Source: a virus | DNA: 64,000 nucleotides | Reading direction: 5' to 3' (one strand) | IMG/VR virus record: IMGVR_UViG_3300016665_000824 | Coordinates: 64,001 to 128,000 of that record | Part shown: positions 9,553-18,914 of the stretch, one piece after another | Numbering within the stretch: the first letter of the stretch is position 1 | Layout: each line of letters opens with the position of its first letter | Translations under genes and position numbers: made by a program | Notes under the pieces: model-generated | Database searches by the model: none | Seen by the model: the letters and a program-made list of their open reading frames with translations, nothing else | What the model was told of the DNA's origin: nothing

Positions 9553-11208
9553 TTATTTGAGTCGTCCCTCAACCCACATCTTAGCAAAGGGAGAGTCCAA
9601 ATCCTTAAACAACCGAGAAGCAATTTCTACAGCCGAAACGGAATCCTGTTTAACACCTTCTTCGGGAGGTGTATCTGCTTGACCCTGATCTGCACCTTGA
9701 TCGCCAAAGTAGTCGCCACCTTGATCGCCGCCATATCCCTGTAGAGCTGCAAGCTCTTGTTGCTGCTTGGCTAATTCTTCATCCTGCTTCAGTTTTTCCC
9801 ACGCTTCCTTATCGAGAGAGACCTCATAGGAGTACTCTGTTCCACCGTAGAGGCTAGCGCGAACTTCATCCTTAGTAATTGCTCCCGACTGGGTTTGCAG
9901 AGCGATAAGCATATTAGTGTGAGCAGTTTGGTTGGCTACTTCATCTTTGCGACTCTCTACATAGAGGGGTTTAAACTTATAAGACCATCCTTCAGGGATC
10001 TTACCCTTCGTAGGGCCATCTTGAGCGAGCCAAATATACTTGTAAAGCATATCCAACTTGCGGTGGCGATAATTCTGCTCTTGATAGGCAGCAACGGTCT
10101 TTGACCAAACCTGATCTTCGGTTTCTCCAGTACCACCTGCCGCTAACCCTTTTGGTCCACGCCCAAAGATCATTGTGTAAGGAATCCCCACCGCAGCAAC
10201 CAAATCTTCTTGAAAGCTCGCTTTCATGTCGGACAAGCCTTGGTAGTTCCGCACTAGATAAGTAAGGTCATCTTCCGAGTCTACCGACACCGCCCCCAGC
10301 TTCCGCATCTGCATCTTCATGGCGCGAAACTGTTCTGAAAGAATGGTTAAAGCTTTTGGCACTCCATTGGTAGTGGCAGCTCCACCAGCAGCTTTTTCTT
10401 GGGCAAGATTTTGTTTGATCAGGTTTTGCAGGTTCTTCATCTTGTGGAGAAGAATCGTGTGATCTTGAATCATCTCCGCCATTGCGTCGGAGACTTTTGT
10501 GTAGCGAGCAATTTCTTTGAGTGCTGAGACGATTAGCGGATCGCCCCATCCACCCGTCGATCGCAACAATCTTGGAGGTAATCGAGAACCATCAAATCGA
10601 ATAATCCGCGATTTGTGAATTAAGTTGAACGAGGTGTAGTTTGAGCCTAACTTATCTATCTTGGATTTCGATTCTTGGGAGTAAAAGACCTGATAAAAGT
10701 CGGGGTCATCAGAGGGTGCATCAAGGTTTGGGAAATACGGGCGGATATCCTGCGGGTCAAGCTCGTAGATACCCTTGATGGTTTTAATTTTTGCCGTGTT
10801 AACTGGCTCGTTTGGGGGTAGCCCATCATCGATATTGACGAGAATAGCTGCGCCGCCATAAATATTCGCTAGCCAGTCAGCCTTATTAAATTTGTATTTC
10901 GCTTCTATCCTTTCTTCGTACTGTTCAAAGGCTGTGGCAATCTTGCGATCAGTGTCCTTAACTAAGCTAATCTCAGTCCATTTTCTTGTTGCCTCGTCAG
11001 GAAACACCGAGACAATTTTCTTTCCTAGCCAGTCCCTAGATAGTTCTTCGAGGGCTTTGTAGCTTAGTCTGCGCCGATCGCCTGTGCTATTCATCCCCAG
11101 ATCATTCTGAGCGAGCAGGTTGTTGTTGTACTCAGCCTCATAGAGCGCATCGATAATGGCTCCGTCTTGTCTCACATAGACTTCGGGATAATCTGTTTCT
11201 TTGGACAT
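9553..11208 (-). CDS. major virion structural protein (portal or major capsid candidate; not resolvable by eye)
   Basis: 551 aa ORF with Gly/Asp/Gln-rich C-terminal tail; preceded by intrinsic terminator and leader inverted repeat; downstream of a coiled-coil scaffold-like gene. Confidence 0.6.
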   Translation of the reverse strand: MSKETDYPEVYVRQDGAIIDALYEAEYNNNLLAQNDLGMNSTGDRRRLSYKALEELSRDWLGKKIVSVFPDEATRKWTEISLVKDTDRKIATAFEQYEERIEAKYKFNKADWLANIYGGAAILVNIDDGLPPNEPVNTAKIKTIKGIYELDPQDIRPYFPNLDAPSDDPDFYQVFYSQESKSKIDKLGSNYTSFNLIHKSRIIRFDGSRLPPRLLRSTGGWGDPLIVSALKEIARYTKVSDAMAEMIQDHTILLHKMKNLQNLIKQNLAQEKAAGGAATTNGVPKALTILSEQFRAMKMQMRKLGAVSVDSEDDLTYLVRNYQGLSDMKASFQEDLVAAVGIPYTMIFGRGPKGLAAGGTGETEDQVWSKTVAAYQEQNYRHRKLDMLYKYIWLAQDGPTKGKIPEGWSYKFKPLYVESRKDEVANQTAHTNMLIALQTQSGAITKDEVRASLYGGTEYSYEVSLDKEAWEKLKQDEELAKQQQELAALQGYGGDQGGDYFGDQGADQGQADTPPEEGVKQDSVSAVEIASRLFKDLDSPFAKMWVEGRLK

Positions 11209-11257
11209 ATTCAGTGGCGATCGCGTATGTCCATCTGACAGGCGATCGCCACTGAAT
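11209..11257. promoter_or_regulatory. perfect 16-bp inverted repeat (ATTCAGTGGCGATCGC / GCGATCGCCACTGAAT, 17-nt spacer) abutting the start codon of the 551-aa gene
   Basis: Read directly: arms 11209-11224 and 11242-11257; start codon at 11206-11208 on minus strand. Confidence 0.55.
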
Positions 11258-11279
11258 CAGGAGTATTTGCTAAAAAAGC

Positions 11280-11309
11280 AAAACAGGACTGCGTTGGCAA
11301 TCCTGTTTT
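11280..11309 (-). terminator. rho-independent terminator-like hairpin for minus-strand transcripts
   Basis: 9-bp stem AAAACAGGA/TCCTGTTTT with 12-nt loop; on the minus strand followed by GCTTTTTTA. Confidence 0.5.
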
Positions 11310-11310
11310 A

Positions 11311-11328
11311 GGTGATTCAGATCGGAAT
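11311..11328. repeat. 18-mer GGTGATTCAGATCGGAAT (copy 1), abutting stop codon of minus-strand gene 11329..12120
   Basis: Exact copy at 21272-21289; one-mismatch copy at 49106-49123. Confidence 0.6.
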
Positions 11329-12120
11329 CTATTCTGGGATGTCTATATCCCCAAGCGCTCTTATCTTCTCTCTAAACTCTATAAATGTCCTTACCACGCC
11401 TATGTAGTCACTAAATCGAGTCTTAAGCTCAGAGACTTCTTTCTGGCTTAGCTGTAGAGACTCAATATAGTTTTGTTCTCGATCCTTGAGGTTCGCGTTC
11501 TCTTCCTTAAGATCCGCAATCTGTCTGCGTAGATCGGCGATCGCTATTAGGATCTGATCAATCTCCTCCTTTGTTATTGCGCTTGGAGGATCTTCAAACT
11601 CCCCATTCTGTAGGGCGATCGCGCCAATCTTCCGAATAGCTTCGCGGTACTGAAGTCTTTCTTTCTGGAGGTCGTAGGCACTTTTCTCGATCTTTGTATA
11701 CTCTGCGTCAGTCACGTATGGAGGGGACTCCACTTCGACACACAGAAAGTTCGTGCCAATTCTTGCTAATCTATACCCAATCTCGGACTTAGCTCGACGG
11801 ATATGATTTATCTGGGATTCCAGCTTTGTATAGAACTCGTCGGTCTCAACGTCGGACGGAGAAAAACCTTCGTCTAGCAAGAGCCTGCCAAGATAATCAA
11901 TCTTTTTAGCGAATAGCTTCTTGGTTTCTACTGCTCGTTCGTAGTCTTCTAGCTGCTCAACATAGGTCTGTGCAAGCGTCTGAATACTCTCGTACTGCGA
12001 TCGCGGAACGAACCACTTGGAAAGGATGTCGTTAATTAGATTCAAATCAATCCTCCAGCTCATCTGCGTCTGGGGGTGCGGGAGTGCTAACCACAGTAAG
12101 CCAATTAGCTTTTTGCTCAA
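11329..12120 (-). CDS. coiled-coil protein (scaffold-like by composition and position)
   Basis: 263 aa, Glu/Lys/Leu/Gln-rich heptad-like stretches; immediately upstream of the major virion gene. Confidence 0.4.
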   Translation of the reverse strand: MSKKLIGLLWLALPHPQTQMSWRIDLNLINDILSKWFVPRSQYESIQTLAQTYVEQLEDYERAVETKKLFAKKIDYLGRLLLDEGFSPSDVETDEFYTKLESQINHIRRAKSEIGYRLARIGTNFLCVEVESPPYVTDAEYTKIEKSAYDLQKERLQYREAIRKIGAIALQNGEFEDPPSAITKEEIDQILIAIADLRRQIADLKEENANLKDREQNYIESLQLSQKEVSELKTRFSDYIGVVRTFIEFREKIRALGDIDIPE

Positions 12121-12736
12121 CTAAAGCCGCTTGATAGTCCTGCTCCTCAAGAGTGGAGAGATCGGGGCGCAACTCGGCTAGTTTTTCGTCAGGAATGGCA
12201 ATCAATTTTTCGGCAGTTTTGACTGCGGCGATTTCTTCGGGAGTTACTTGCTGCCCAGTGAGATCTTCTAGGGTTGGCGCTTCAGGAGTTTTTTCGCCGA
12301 AGCCTTTTTTCTTGCGAGATTTCTTTTCTGGTTGAGGCTCCTCCACTGCGGCTTCCGTATTTTGAGGTAACACCGCATTGATAAATTCAATCAGTTCAGT
12401 TGCACCCAAACTTGCTGGCAAGGTGGGGATTAGCTTTCTGAGATTATTCTCCAATGCTACGCGGGGATTCTTGGCGGGGTCTGGCTCGATTTCAGGGTCT
12501 AGGTTTAGAGAGAACAAGAAAGCCGAGTCGCGATCGCTAGATTGTGTTTCCACCATTAGATCCTGAAAGGCTTTTACGGGATCTTTGGTTGTTAGCGCCG
12601 ACTCATAGGCTTTGGCGGACGAAATTTTTAAAAGCGACCAAATAATCTTGGTGGCAGGATCGATCGCGGCATCGCCAGAAACGAAGGGGTACTCAACGCC
12701 GCGCACGGTGATAGTGTTACTCAACGAATTCTCCAT
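12047..12736 (-). CDS. acidic hypothetical protein
   Basis: 229 aa ORF, Glu/Asp/Pro-rich C-terminus. Confidence 0.4.
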   Translation of the reverse strand: MENSLSNTITVRGVEYPFVSGDAAIDPATKIIWSLLKISSAKAYESALTTKDPVKAFQDLMVETQSSDRDSAFLFSLNLDPEIEPDPAKNPRVALENNLRKLIPTLPASLGATELIEFINAVLPQNTEAAVEEPQPEKKSRKKKGFGEKTPEAPTLEDLTGQQVTPEEIAAVKTAEKLIAIPDEKLAELRPDLSTLEEQDYQAALVEQKANWLTVVSTPAPPDADELED

Positions 12737-13247
12737 AAATATTTAGGTTTGACTGATATCGAAAAATCACGCCGAAGGGGATATCGACTATCCATGCAGG
12801 TGACTGCTCATACTGCGTCCTTATGGGCTGTCTTGGTACAGGGGTAATATCCCGTCCGTCCCATTCGACTCCTAAGAAGTTTTTGCTGGGGATTTTAAAT
12901 CTGTTGTACTTCGCGATCGCGTGAGAGATGAACGCCAGTTCGACAGGAACTTTTTGTTTGTATTCAGTCTCGTTGGCATATCCTTTGATCGCCAAAACCT
13001 CAATCCTTTGCATTCGATAAGCCCTGTTTGGGCTGTCGGGACGCTCAGAATCTTTGCCGTGGTCGCCAATTGAAGCTATGCCGACGGTCTCGCCTTCGAT
13101 CACGTTGTAGTAATCCCCACTAGTGTCTAAGTGCAGCTCACTGATAATGTGTGCGACAAAGTGATTTATCGACTCGGTTATAAGCCCTTTGTAATAGTCT
13201 TCAAAGTTCATCGTGGCGATCGCAAAATATTGCCTTGATATTACCAC
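12717..13247 (-). CDS. hypothetical protein
   Basis: 176 aa ORF in minus-strand structural block. Confidence 0.4.
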   Translation of the reverse strand: MVISRQYFAIATMNFEDYYKGLITESINHFVAHIISELHLDTSGDYYNVIEGETVGIASIGDHGKDSERPDSPNRAYRMQRIEVLAIKGYANETEYKQKVPVELAFISHAIAKYNRFKIPSKNFLGVEWDGRDITPVPRQPIRTQYEQSPAWIVDIPFGVIFRYQSNLNIYGEFVE

Positions 13248-13373
13248 AGAAATGCGTTATGGTTGTTATGCGATCGCCAAGTCTCAATTGGCAGGAAGAA
13301 TGTCACTGGCGACAAACATAAGGATACGCGGCGAGATACTGGCGATCATCTTAAAAGAAATCGTAAAAACCAC

Positions 13374-13805
13374 ATGAAAGAACTTGAAAACAATAAAGAT
13401 CTTGAATCTTTTCTAAAAGAGCTGCGAGAGCAGGCGGTTGCGGGTGACTTTGGTGTGGATGCTCTGCTTAACGAAGTAAGGAAAGCCGCAAAAAAGTGTG
13501 AAGAATTTAGGAATACAGAGTCTAGTCAGCCCAAGGATATTGAGTTTATTCAAGCTCTAATGCGATTTGCCGCTAACCAGCCCAGTCTTGCATTTCTAAC
13601 CCCTTATTTTGGCAAACAAAAATCAGAAGAAGAAGTTCAGGCTATTTTTAAATCGTTGCTGCTTAGGGAGTTAGGAGAACTCAAACTCTCTGCTAATCAC
13701 CACAAAGCCAGTATTCAGTTCTATCAATATGAACTAAAAAGGAACGAGAGATATCGAGCAGACATAGAAGAAGCGATCTCCAGAAATTATCCAAACCTAA
13801 AATAA
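13374..13805 (+). CDS. hypothetical protein (opposite-strand insert in the structural block)
   Basis: In-frame ATG at 13374 inside track ORF 13263..13805; Lys/Glu-rich. Confidence 0.35.
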   Translation: MKELENNKDLESFLKELREQAVAGDFGVDALLNEVRKAAKKCEEFRNTESSQPKDIEFIQALMRFAANQPSLAFLTPYFGKQKSEEEVQAIFKSLLLRELGELKLSANHHKASIQFYQYELKRNERYRADIEEAISRNYPNLK

Positions 13806-14050
13806 TGAACTTGTATATTTCAATTCTGTCGTACCTATCCCTTGGAGTTGCCTATACTCTTCTGAGGTACAAATACCTTGAAGACAACTGTATTAGGGCT
13901 TTGCGAGACAATTTTTCTTATCTGGATTCACGAACTCAAAATCTTCTGCTAAAACAGGTTCTTTTCTCCGTCGTCTTGACTTATCCTCTGTTTATTCTTG
14001 GAGGCATTTGGGACTGGATATGCGATCGCTTTAATCCGCCCGAAGACTAA
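13805..14050 (+). CDS. small membrane protein (two hydrophobic helices)
   Basis: 81 aa; ILSYLSLGVAYTLL and LTYPLFILGGIW hydrophobic segments; start overlaps upstream stop. Confidence 0.4.
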   Translation: MNLYISILSYLSLGVAYTLLRYKYLEDNCIRALRDNFSYLDSRTQNLLLKQVLFSVVLTYPLFILGGIWDWICDRFNPPED

Positions 14051-14781
14051 AACCCATCGGGGAAACAAACTCCCCGATCGCGCAGAATTCCCGCAATATC
14101 ATCCTTAACCCCTTCCCAGTATTCCCGATCAATCTTGCCGACTGCGACAGTCCGAGAAGTGGTCGGGAATTTTTGATCTTTCTCGGCATCTTTAGGATCT
14201 CGCTGGAGGTTAGCAGCTTCCTCAAGAATATCCATGACCATGCCCATGCCAAAACTCTTAAGCACCGTATCGCCAGAGCCTTTGAAATTTAGATGTACTG
14301 CGGCAATGATGCGAGCGTCCAAATTGCCTGTCGAGAGCGGTGCGGAAGGCTTGTCTTTGGACTGTTTGGGTTGACGACTTTGCTTGGCGGGATAGGTCAA
14401 ACCCATCAACAATTGCAGTTGTGATAGACCAGGCATTTCCTGCTCGTAGCCAACGGGTTTAACTGGCTCGGTACAGAAGAAAAAGTTGTGGCGGGACTTA
14501 GTGGTGAGATTGTCGATATTTAGGAGGCAGTCTGGCTGGGTGCGGCGAAATATCAGCGCGATCGCCTCTAAATGTTTGCGCGATCGATATACCAAGAACT
14601 GATGCACCGTAATTTCATCCTTTAATACTGCGTCGGGCGGATATACTGGTACACCCCTGATGAGTTCGAGCATGTCGTCGATAACAGGGATTAACTCGGA
14701 ACGGGTATGAAAAGATGGTTCGCGAATAAATTCCCACGACTCGTCTTCATAGTTAATTTTCTGAGGATAAATTAAGGGCAC
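14047..14781 (-). CDS. hypothetical protein (structural block)
   Basis: 244 aa ORF. Confidence 0.45.
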   Translation of the reverse strand: MPLIYPQKINYEDESWEFIREPSFHTRSELIPVIDDMLELIRGVPVYPPDAVLKDEITVHQFLVYRSRKHLEAIALIFRRTQPDCLLNIDNLTTKSRHNFFFCTEPVKPVGYEQEMPGLSQLQLLMGLTYPAKQSRQPKQSKDKPSAPLSTGNLDARIIAAVHLNFKGSGDTVLKSFGMGMVMDILEEAANLQRDPKDAEKDQKFPTTSRTVAVGKIDREYWEGVKDDIAGILRDRGVCFPDGF

Positions 14782-15508
14782 TTACGGCTAAATTGTTGTT
14801 ATCGAAAGCTAATCTCAAGGTGATGTTCTGCGCGTCGGCATCAAAAGCCTCAATTACGGGCAAAACATCCTTGATGACAACATGGTACGGCACTTCGCTT
14901 TTTATTGCCACAAGATTTAATTCGATGGGGGGTAAGGGCTGATTAGTGTTAACAACAACATCGTCCACCAAAACAACTGCCATTTGAGAGACGATCCGTT
15001 TGCCATAAAAGCTCCTGTTAACTTGAAAAGTACCATCGGGTGCGATCGCCACATCATTCCCATCGGTGTATTTGTCAGCAATCCGTAACGAAATATTGTC
15101 GCAAAGAACTTTGGGCTGGTCGGTTGTATCGAGCTTATAGTTAGCCGTCAATCGCTGAGTTGGTTCTAGCCTGCCCGTACCATCTTGATTGACGTTGGCT
15201 TGAAACAAGTAGCGTTGGCGGTAGTTTTTGTGGACTTTGTAATCTGAGCCAGAGGCGATCGCCACAATCTCCGCGCTATTAACAGTCTCAAATGACAATG
15301 CGACCACAGGCATTTTTACTGGCGTACTTTCCTGTGATCGCATCTTACCGAAAAACATTTTGTCCGAGCAGGCATCTCGAAAGATCTCCTGCTCGGAGAT
15401 GGCGATCGCGCCCAAGGACGGATACGCCGAAACTACTCGGCTTGGCTCCAATACAAGCCAAGCGCGGTAGAACACCATATCGTCGAGACTAGACTCCACG
15501 GGCAGCAC
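14753..15508 (-). CDS. hypothetical protein (structural block)
   Basis: 251 aa ORF. Confidence 0.45.
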   Translation of the reverse strand: MLPVESSLDDMVFYRAWLVLEPSRVVSAYPSLGAIAISEQEIFRDACSDKMFFGKMRSQESTPVKMPVVALSFETVNSAEIVAIASGSDYKVHKNYRQRYLFQANVNQDGTGRLEPTQRLTANYKLDTTDQPKVLCDNISLRIADKYTDGNDVAIAPDGTFQVNRSFYGKRIVSQMAVVLVDDVVVNTNQPLPPIELNLVAIKSEVPYHVVIKDVLPVIEAFDADAQNITLRLAFDNNNLAVSALNLSSEN

Positions 15509-16202
15509 GTAAAGCCTTGATAGACTTGGCGTGTTTAGCAGGTGCTAGGGTAACAACACCACTAGCACTTGCGGCGGTGGGTTGAGCACCGTCGAAGGAC
15601 TGGAAGTCCACGCTGACTTGGAAGTAAGCATCGGCATCACCAGAAACACCAGCATTGATATTGGTGGTAAAGATCTTGCCGTAGTTGGGTACACCGCTCG
15701 CAGCCGTCGCAACGGTCGTACTGGAAATTGTAAAAGATGTGCCAGTCTCGGTAACAGCGATCGTGTGGGCTTGACCAGGAACTACCGAGGTTACGGTAAT
15801 CGTGTAAGGACTAGCGACAGAAGCGGTGCTGGCGTAGAGATAAGGATTGAGGTTGATTAGAGCCAAGACAATTTCGATTACATCAGCAAGGCTGTCGCCA
15901 GACTGAACCGTGTAAGTCAACTCGCGAGTCTTGGGAGATCCAGAACCGTCGGTTGCCGAGACAATAACAGTGTCGCCTGCGGTAGGAGATGTTGCGGCAA
16001 TAGTAAAGGTGGAAACTTGAGCGATCGCGCTAGGGTTGAAAGATAGGTAGTGGTCAACTGTGTTGCGCTTGTTGGAGCCTACAAAGTTGACACTAGTTTG
16101 AGCGGTCAGAGGCAGTGTTGTAGGGGTCGAAGTGGTCGCGGTTTGACCGTAAGTAATCGAAGATACTGCTTGAGCCGAAGCTTCGGGGCTGTAGGAAGGC
16201 AT
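15489..16202 (-). CDS. Ser/Thr-rich virion structural protein candidate
   Basis: 237 aa, T/S/A/V-rich beta-rich composition. Confidence 0.45.
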   Translation of the reverse strand: MPSYSPEASAQAVSSITYGQTATTSTPTTLPLTAQTSVNFVGSNKRNTVDHYLSFNPSAIAQVSTFTIAATSPTAGDTVIVSATDGSGSPKTRELTYTVQSGDSLADVIEIVLALINLNPYLYASTASVASPYTITVTSVVPGQAHTIAVTETGTSFTISSTTVATAASGVPNYGKIFTTNINAGVSGDADAYFQVSVDFQSFDGAQPTAASASGVVTLAPAKHAKSIKALRAARGV

Positions 16203-16351
16203 TGAAAGTAATCCTCATGAGGGAATCCCCCGATACTTTCAGTTAAATAAGAAGGCTGTTTTTTTTTAGAGGAATTAGCGAATGTTATTCCCTATTTACC
16301 CTCGTTCTTGAGGTAGAATTACTTCAATCGATAACAAGCAGGGGTCTTCAC

Positions 16352-16630
16352 TTGGTGATTACGCAACAACTACGGGGGCTAGAAAGCTTCCTGTCGGAAC
16401 TATGCCCGTCACACGGATCTGGAATTGAATTAACTTCGATAGGCGATCGCGTCGTTAAAATTGCGTGTCAATACGAGGGTCACGCAAGAATTATTAGTGA
16501 TCTGCTAAAGCTGCAAAAAAACATAGCCAAGCTCGAAGGGCTTGGCTATGAAAAAGCAATAATTGTCTTTGCCAGCGCGACAAAGAAAGAAGTTATCTTG
16601 ACCGTAGAGACCTGTGACTATCTTCCCTGA
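16352..16630 (+). CDS. hypothetical protein
   Basis: 92 aa ORF. Confidence 0.3.
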   Translation: MVITQQLRGLESFLSELCPSHGSGIELTSIGDRVVKIACQYEGHARIISDLLKLQKNIAKLEGLGYEKAIIVFASATKKEVILTVETCDYLP

Positions 16631-17471
16631 TTGGCTCAAAGCCTAGTGGCGTTGCTAGCAGCTCCGCCACTGAATAGGGATCTCCATTCTCTTTCTTAAG
16701 GACTTCGAGCTTTGCTAGTTGCTTAACAATGCTCCTGATTTGTCCTAGATAAGAGCTTTCAGAGATTTTGTTTATGATCAGTTCTAGCTCCATCCTCACA
16801 AAGTTTTGTCCATCTTCGTTCATCTGATCGACTAGCGATCGCAGAACCCCGTCTTGAGTTATTCCTCTTAACGTCATTTGCTCTCTAACGTACTTACTCA
16901 GCAAGTCAGAGATGGTTGTCTCGGATTCCATGCGGTTTTCTTTTGTAGGTATTGTCTTCGACTCTATAGCCTCGACCTTCTTCCGCGAGTCGGCGGAAGG
17001 CGCTTTACTGGCAACTATTAGCGGGATCTCCTTCCTTATCCACGCATTTTTGGGTAGTTTGCCATCATCATTCGTGTCTAAATAATCAAAAACGTTGTAA
17101 TCCGAATCCACACTTCCCGTCATACAGAAGAGGAGGAATAATTTAGTCCAAGCTTCGTTCACTTTCGAGTCAGAATATCTTTGTTCTATTTCAAATCCGC
17201 GAGCCATCTCAGTAAGCTCCCCCCGCAGCCTTTCCTGAGCGGAAAATCTGTCCTTAGCTGTCAAGTTTGTGCCGTCTAGTTTGAGCAGATAGATAATAAA
17301 CTGCTGCATGTAATTACCAAACTCCGCTTGGCTCATTACCATTACATCTTTACGATAGCGCGAGAACCATCTTGAAAATGCCTTAGATCGAATTTTTGTT
17401 CTAGGGTCGTCCTTCCCCTTCTTGAGACTGCCTTGCTTTTCTTTGTCTTTCACCATAGTTGCCGAAGGCAT
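16593..17471 (-). CDS. hypothetical protein (ATG at 17471; track start 17495 is TTG)
   Basis: Long ORF; internal ATG 24 nt downstream of track start. Confidence 0.45.
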   Translation of the reverse strand: MPSATMVKDKEKQGSLKKGKDDPRTKIRSKAFSRWFSRYRKDVMVMSQAEFGNYMQQFIIYLLKLDGTNLTAKDRFSAQERLRGELTEMARGFEIEQRYSDSKVNEAWTKLFLLFCMTGSVDSDYNVFDYLDTNDDGKLPKNAWIRKEIPLIVASKAPSADSRKKVEAIESKTIPTKENRMESETTISDLLSKYVREQMTLRGITQDGVLRSLVDQMNEDGQNFVRMELELIINKISESSYLGQIRSIVKQLAKLEVLKKENGDPYSVAELLATPLGFEPIREDSHRSLRSR

Positions 17472-17595
17472 AATTTTCCTCTTGTTTTGCCACAAAATTA
17501 AAACATTTTTACGTTATATATGGTATCCTTATGAGGTGTCCATATATTGGATCAAATCCTAGTATAAGGATACACCAAAAAACGGAAAAACGAGT

Positions 17596-18051
17596 ATGTC
17601 TAACTCTAGTTCTGCCACAAAATTGGCGATCGCAAGATTAAAAGGATCTGACCTGCCTATTTTTGTTCCAGTTTCAGTCTCTGAGAAAGTCGCAACCCTA
17701 GTCAGGGAGTGTATTTTACAGTCCGACAGTTTAAAGATATTAAAAGTTACTACTACAGTTTACAACGAGCTTACTAAGCATTTAAAGCAGTACGAAAAGC
17801 CAAAATATACCATTCCTCAGTATCTTTTGATGCTCCTATATACGGTTTCTACTACTTCAGAATTGATCGAAAAACACAACAAGGGTTTAATTTCAGATGA
17901 CGAGTTTATTAACTGTATCAAAAACAACAAAAACGCAAACGGGACTAAAACCTCCCGCAAAATGGGTCGGAAGAAAGCAAGCGTTGATGCCAGCGATCGC
18001 GCAGTACTTCCCCGCGAGGTTCACAAAAGAACCAGTTCCAAGGTTTCTTGA
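17596..18051 (+). CDS. hypothetical protein (3-prime end overlaps methyltransferase start; true end uncertain)
   Basis: 151 aa ORF. Confidence 0.35.
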   Translation: MSNSSSATKLAIARLKGSDLPIFVPVSVSEKVATLVRECILQSDSLKILKVTTTVYNELTKHLKQYEKPKYTIPQYLLMLLYTVSTTSELIEKHNKGLISDDEFINCIKNNKNANGTKTSRKMGRKKASVDASDRAVLPREVHKRTSSKVS

Positions 18052-18814
18052 TTTCAAAAAGGGTGTCGGCAATTTCCACGACCCTTTCGTTGGTACTGGT
18101 AGTGCATTTTTGTATTTTGCGGATGGATTTCGAGGCGATCGCAAGATTTTTATTAGTGACAGTAATCCTGAACTCATTAATATTTGGCTGTGCATTCAAG
18201 CCGATCCTCTAAGGCTTTTAAGATCCTTGCTTGAATACAAGCGCCCTGTATTTAACAGCGCCGAATCGTACTATCACGAAAGGCAGATCTTCAATCAGCA
18301 GTTTAAAGGTTCTTACGACTACGAGCTAGCAGCAAGAATGATCTACTTAATTCAGGCTGGTTTCAATAGCCTATGGAGGGTTAACAGCGACGGTGAAATG
18401 AACACGCCTTTTGGCTCTCAGAAGCAAATTGCCCTTCTTACCGAGAATGATTTGACCGCGCTTTCGGTTCTCCTTCAAAAAGCGACAATCAAACATCAGC
18501 CTTTTGAAGAGTCGCTAAAAGATGTACAACCCAATGATGTCGTCTATCTCGACCCGCCATACATTGAAGTCAAAAAGAATTCCTTCAATAAATACACCAC
18601 AAAAGGTTTTAGCAGAGAGCAGCAGATACTCCTCCGCCAAGAAGCCGATCGCCTGCACGATCTAGGCGCTTATGTATACGCCAGTAATAGCGATACCCCC
18701 TTGAGTCGCGAAATTTGGTCGGGCTGGAAAATCGCAGAACTGACGAGATCGGGCTGCATGAACTCAGATGCAACCAAGCGTCAACGGGTTGGAGAGTTGT
18801 TATTTTATAAATAA
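17897..18814 (+). CDS. dam: DNA N6-adenine methyltransferase, Dam/D12 class
   Basis: KWVGRK near N-terminus, FVGTGS AdoMet-binding-like motif, DPPY catalytic motif. Confidence 0.7.
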   Translation: MTSLLTVSKTTKTQTGLKPPAKWVGRKQALMPAIAQYFPARFTKEPVPRFLDFKKGVGNFHDPFVGTGSAFLYFADGFRGDRKIFISDSNPELINIWLCIQADPLRLLRSLLEYKRPVFNSAESYYHERQIFNQQFKGSYDYELAARMIYLIQAGFNSLWRVNSDGEMNTPFGSQKQIALLTENDLTALSVLLQKATIKHQPFEESLKDVQPNDVVYLDPPYIEVKKNSFNKYTTKGFSREQQILLRQEADRLHDLGAYVYASNSDTPLSREIWSGWKIAELTRSGCMNSDATKRQRVGELLFYK

Positions 18815-18914
18815 AAAAAGCCAGTCGCGGGACTGGCTACAGGTAAAACAACAAAAGACAACTAAGCGGAAATCAACATATACCGAGCATTTGTGGAGAA
18901 CAGCTCAGGCACTT

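Noticed and set aside
9553-11208. Firm assignment of the 551-aa protein as portal
   Set aside because: Size and context fit either a portal or a large major capsid protein, and no family-specific motif could be verified by eye; kept as a generic major virion protein.
18820-18837. Hairpin GCCAGTC-GCGG-GACTGGC after the Dam gene as a plus-strand terminator
   Set aside because: On the plus strand it is followed by no T-run; the U-run is on the minus strand, where no upstream gene exists.
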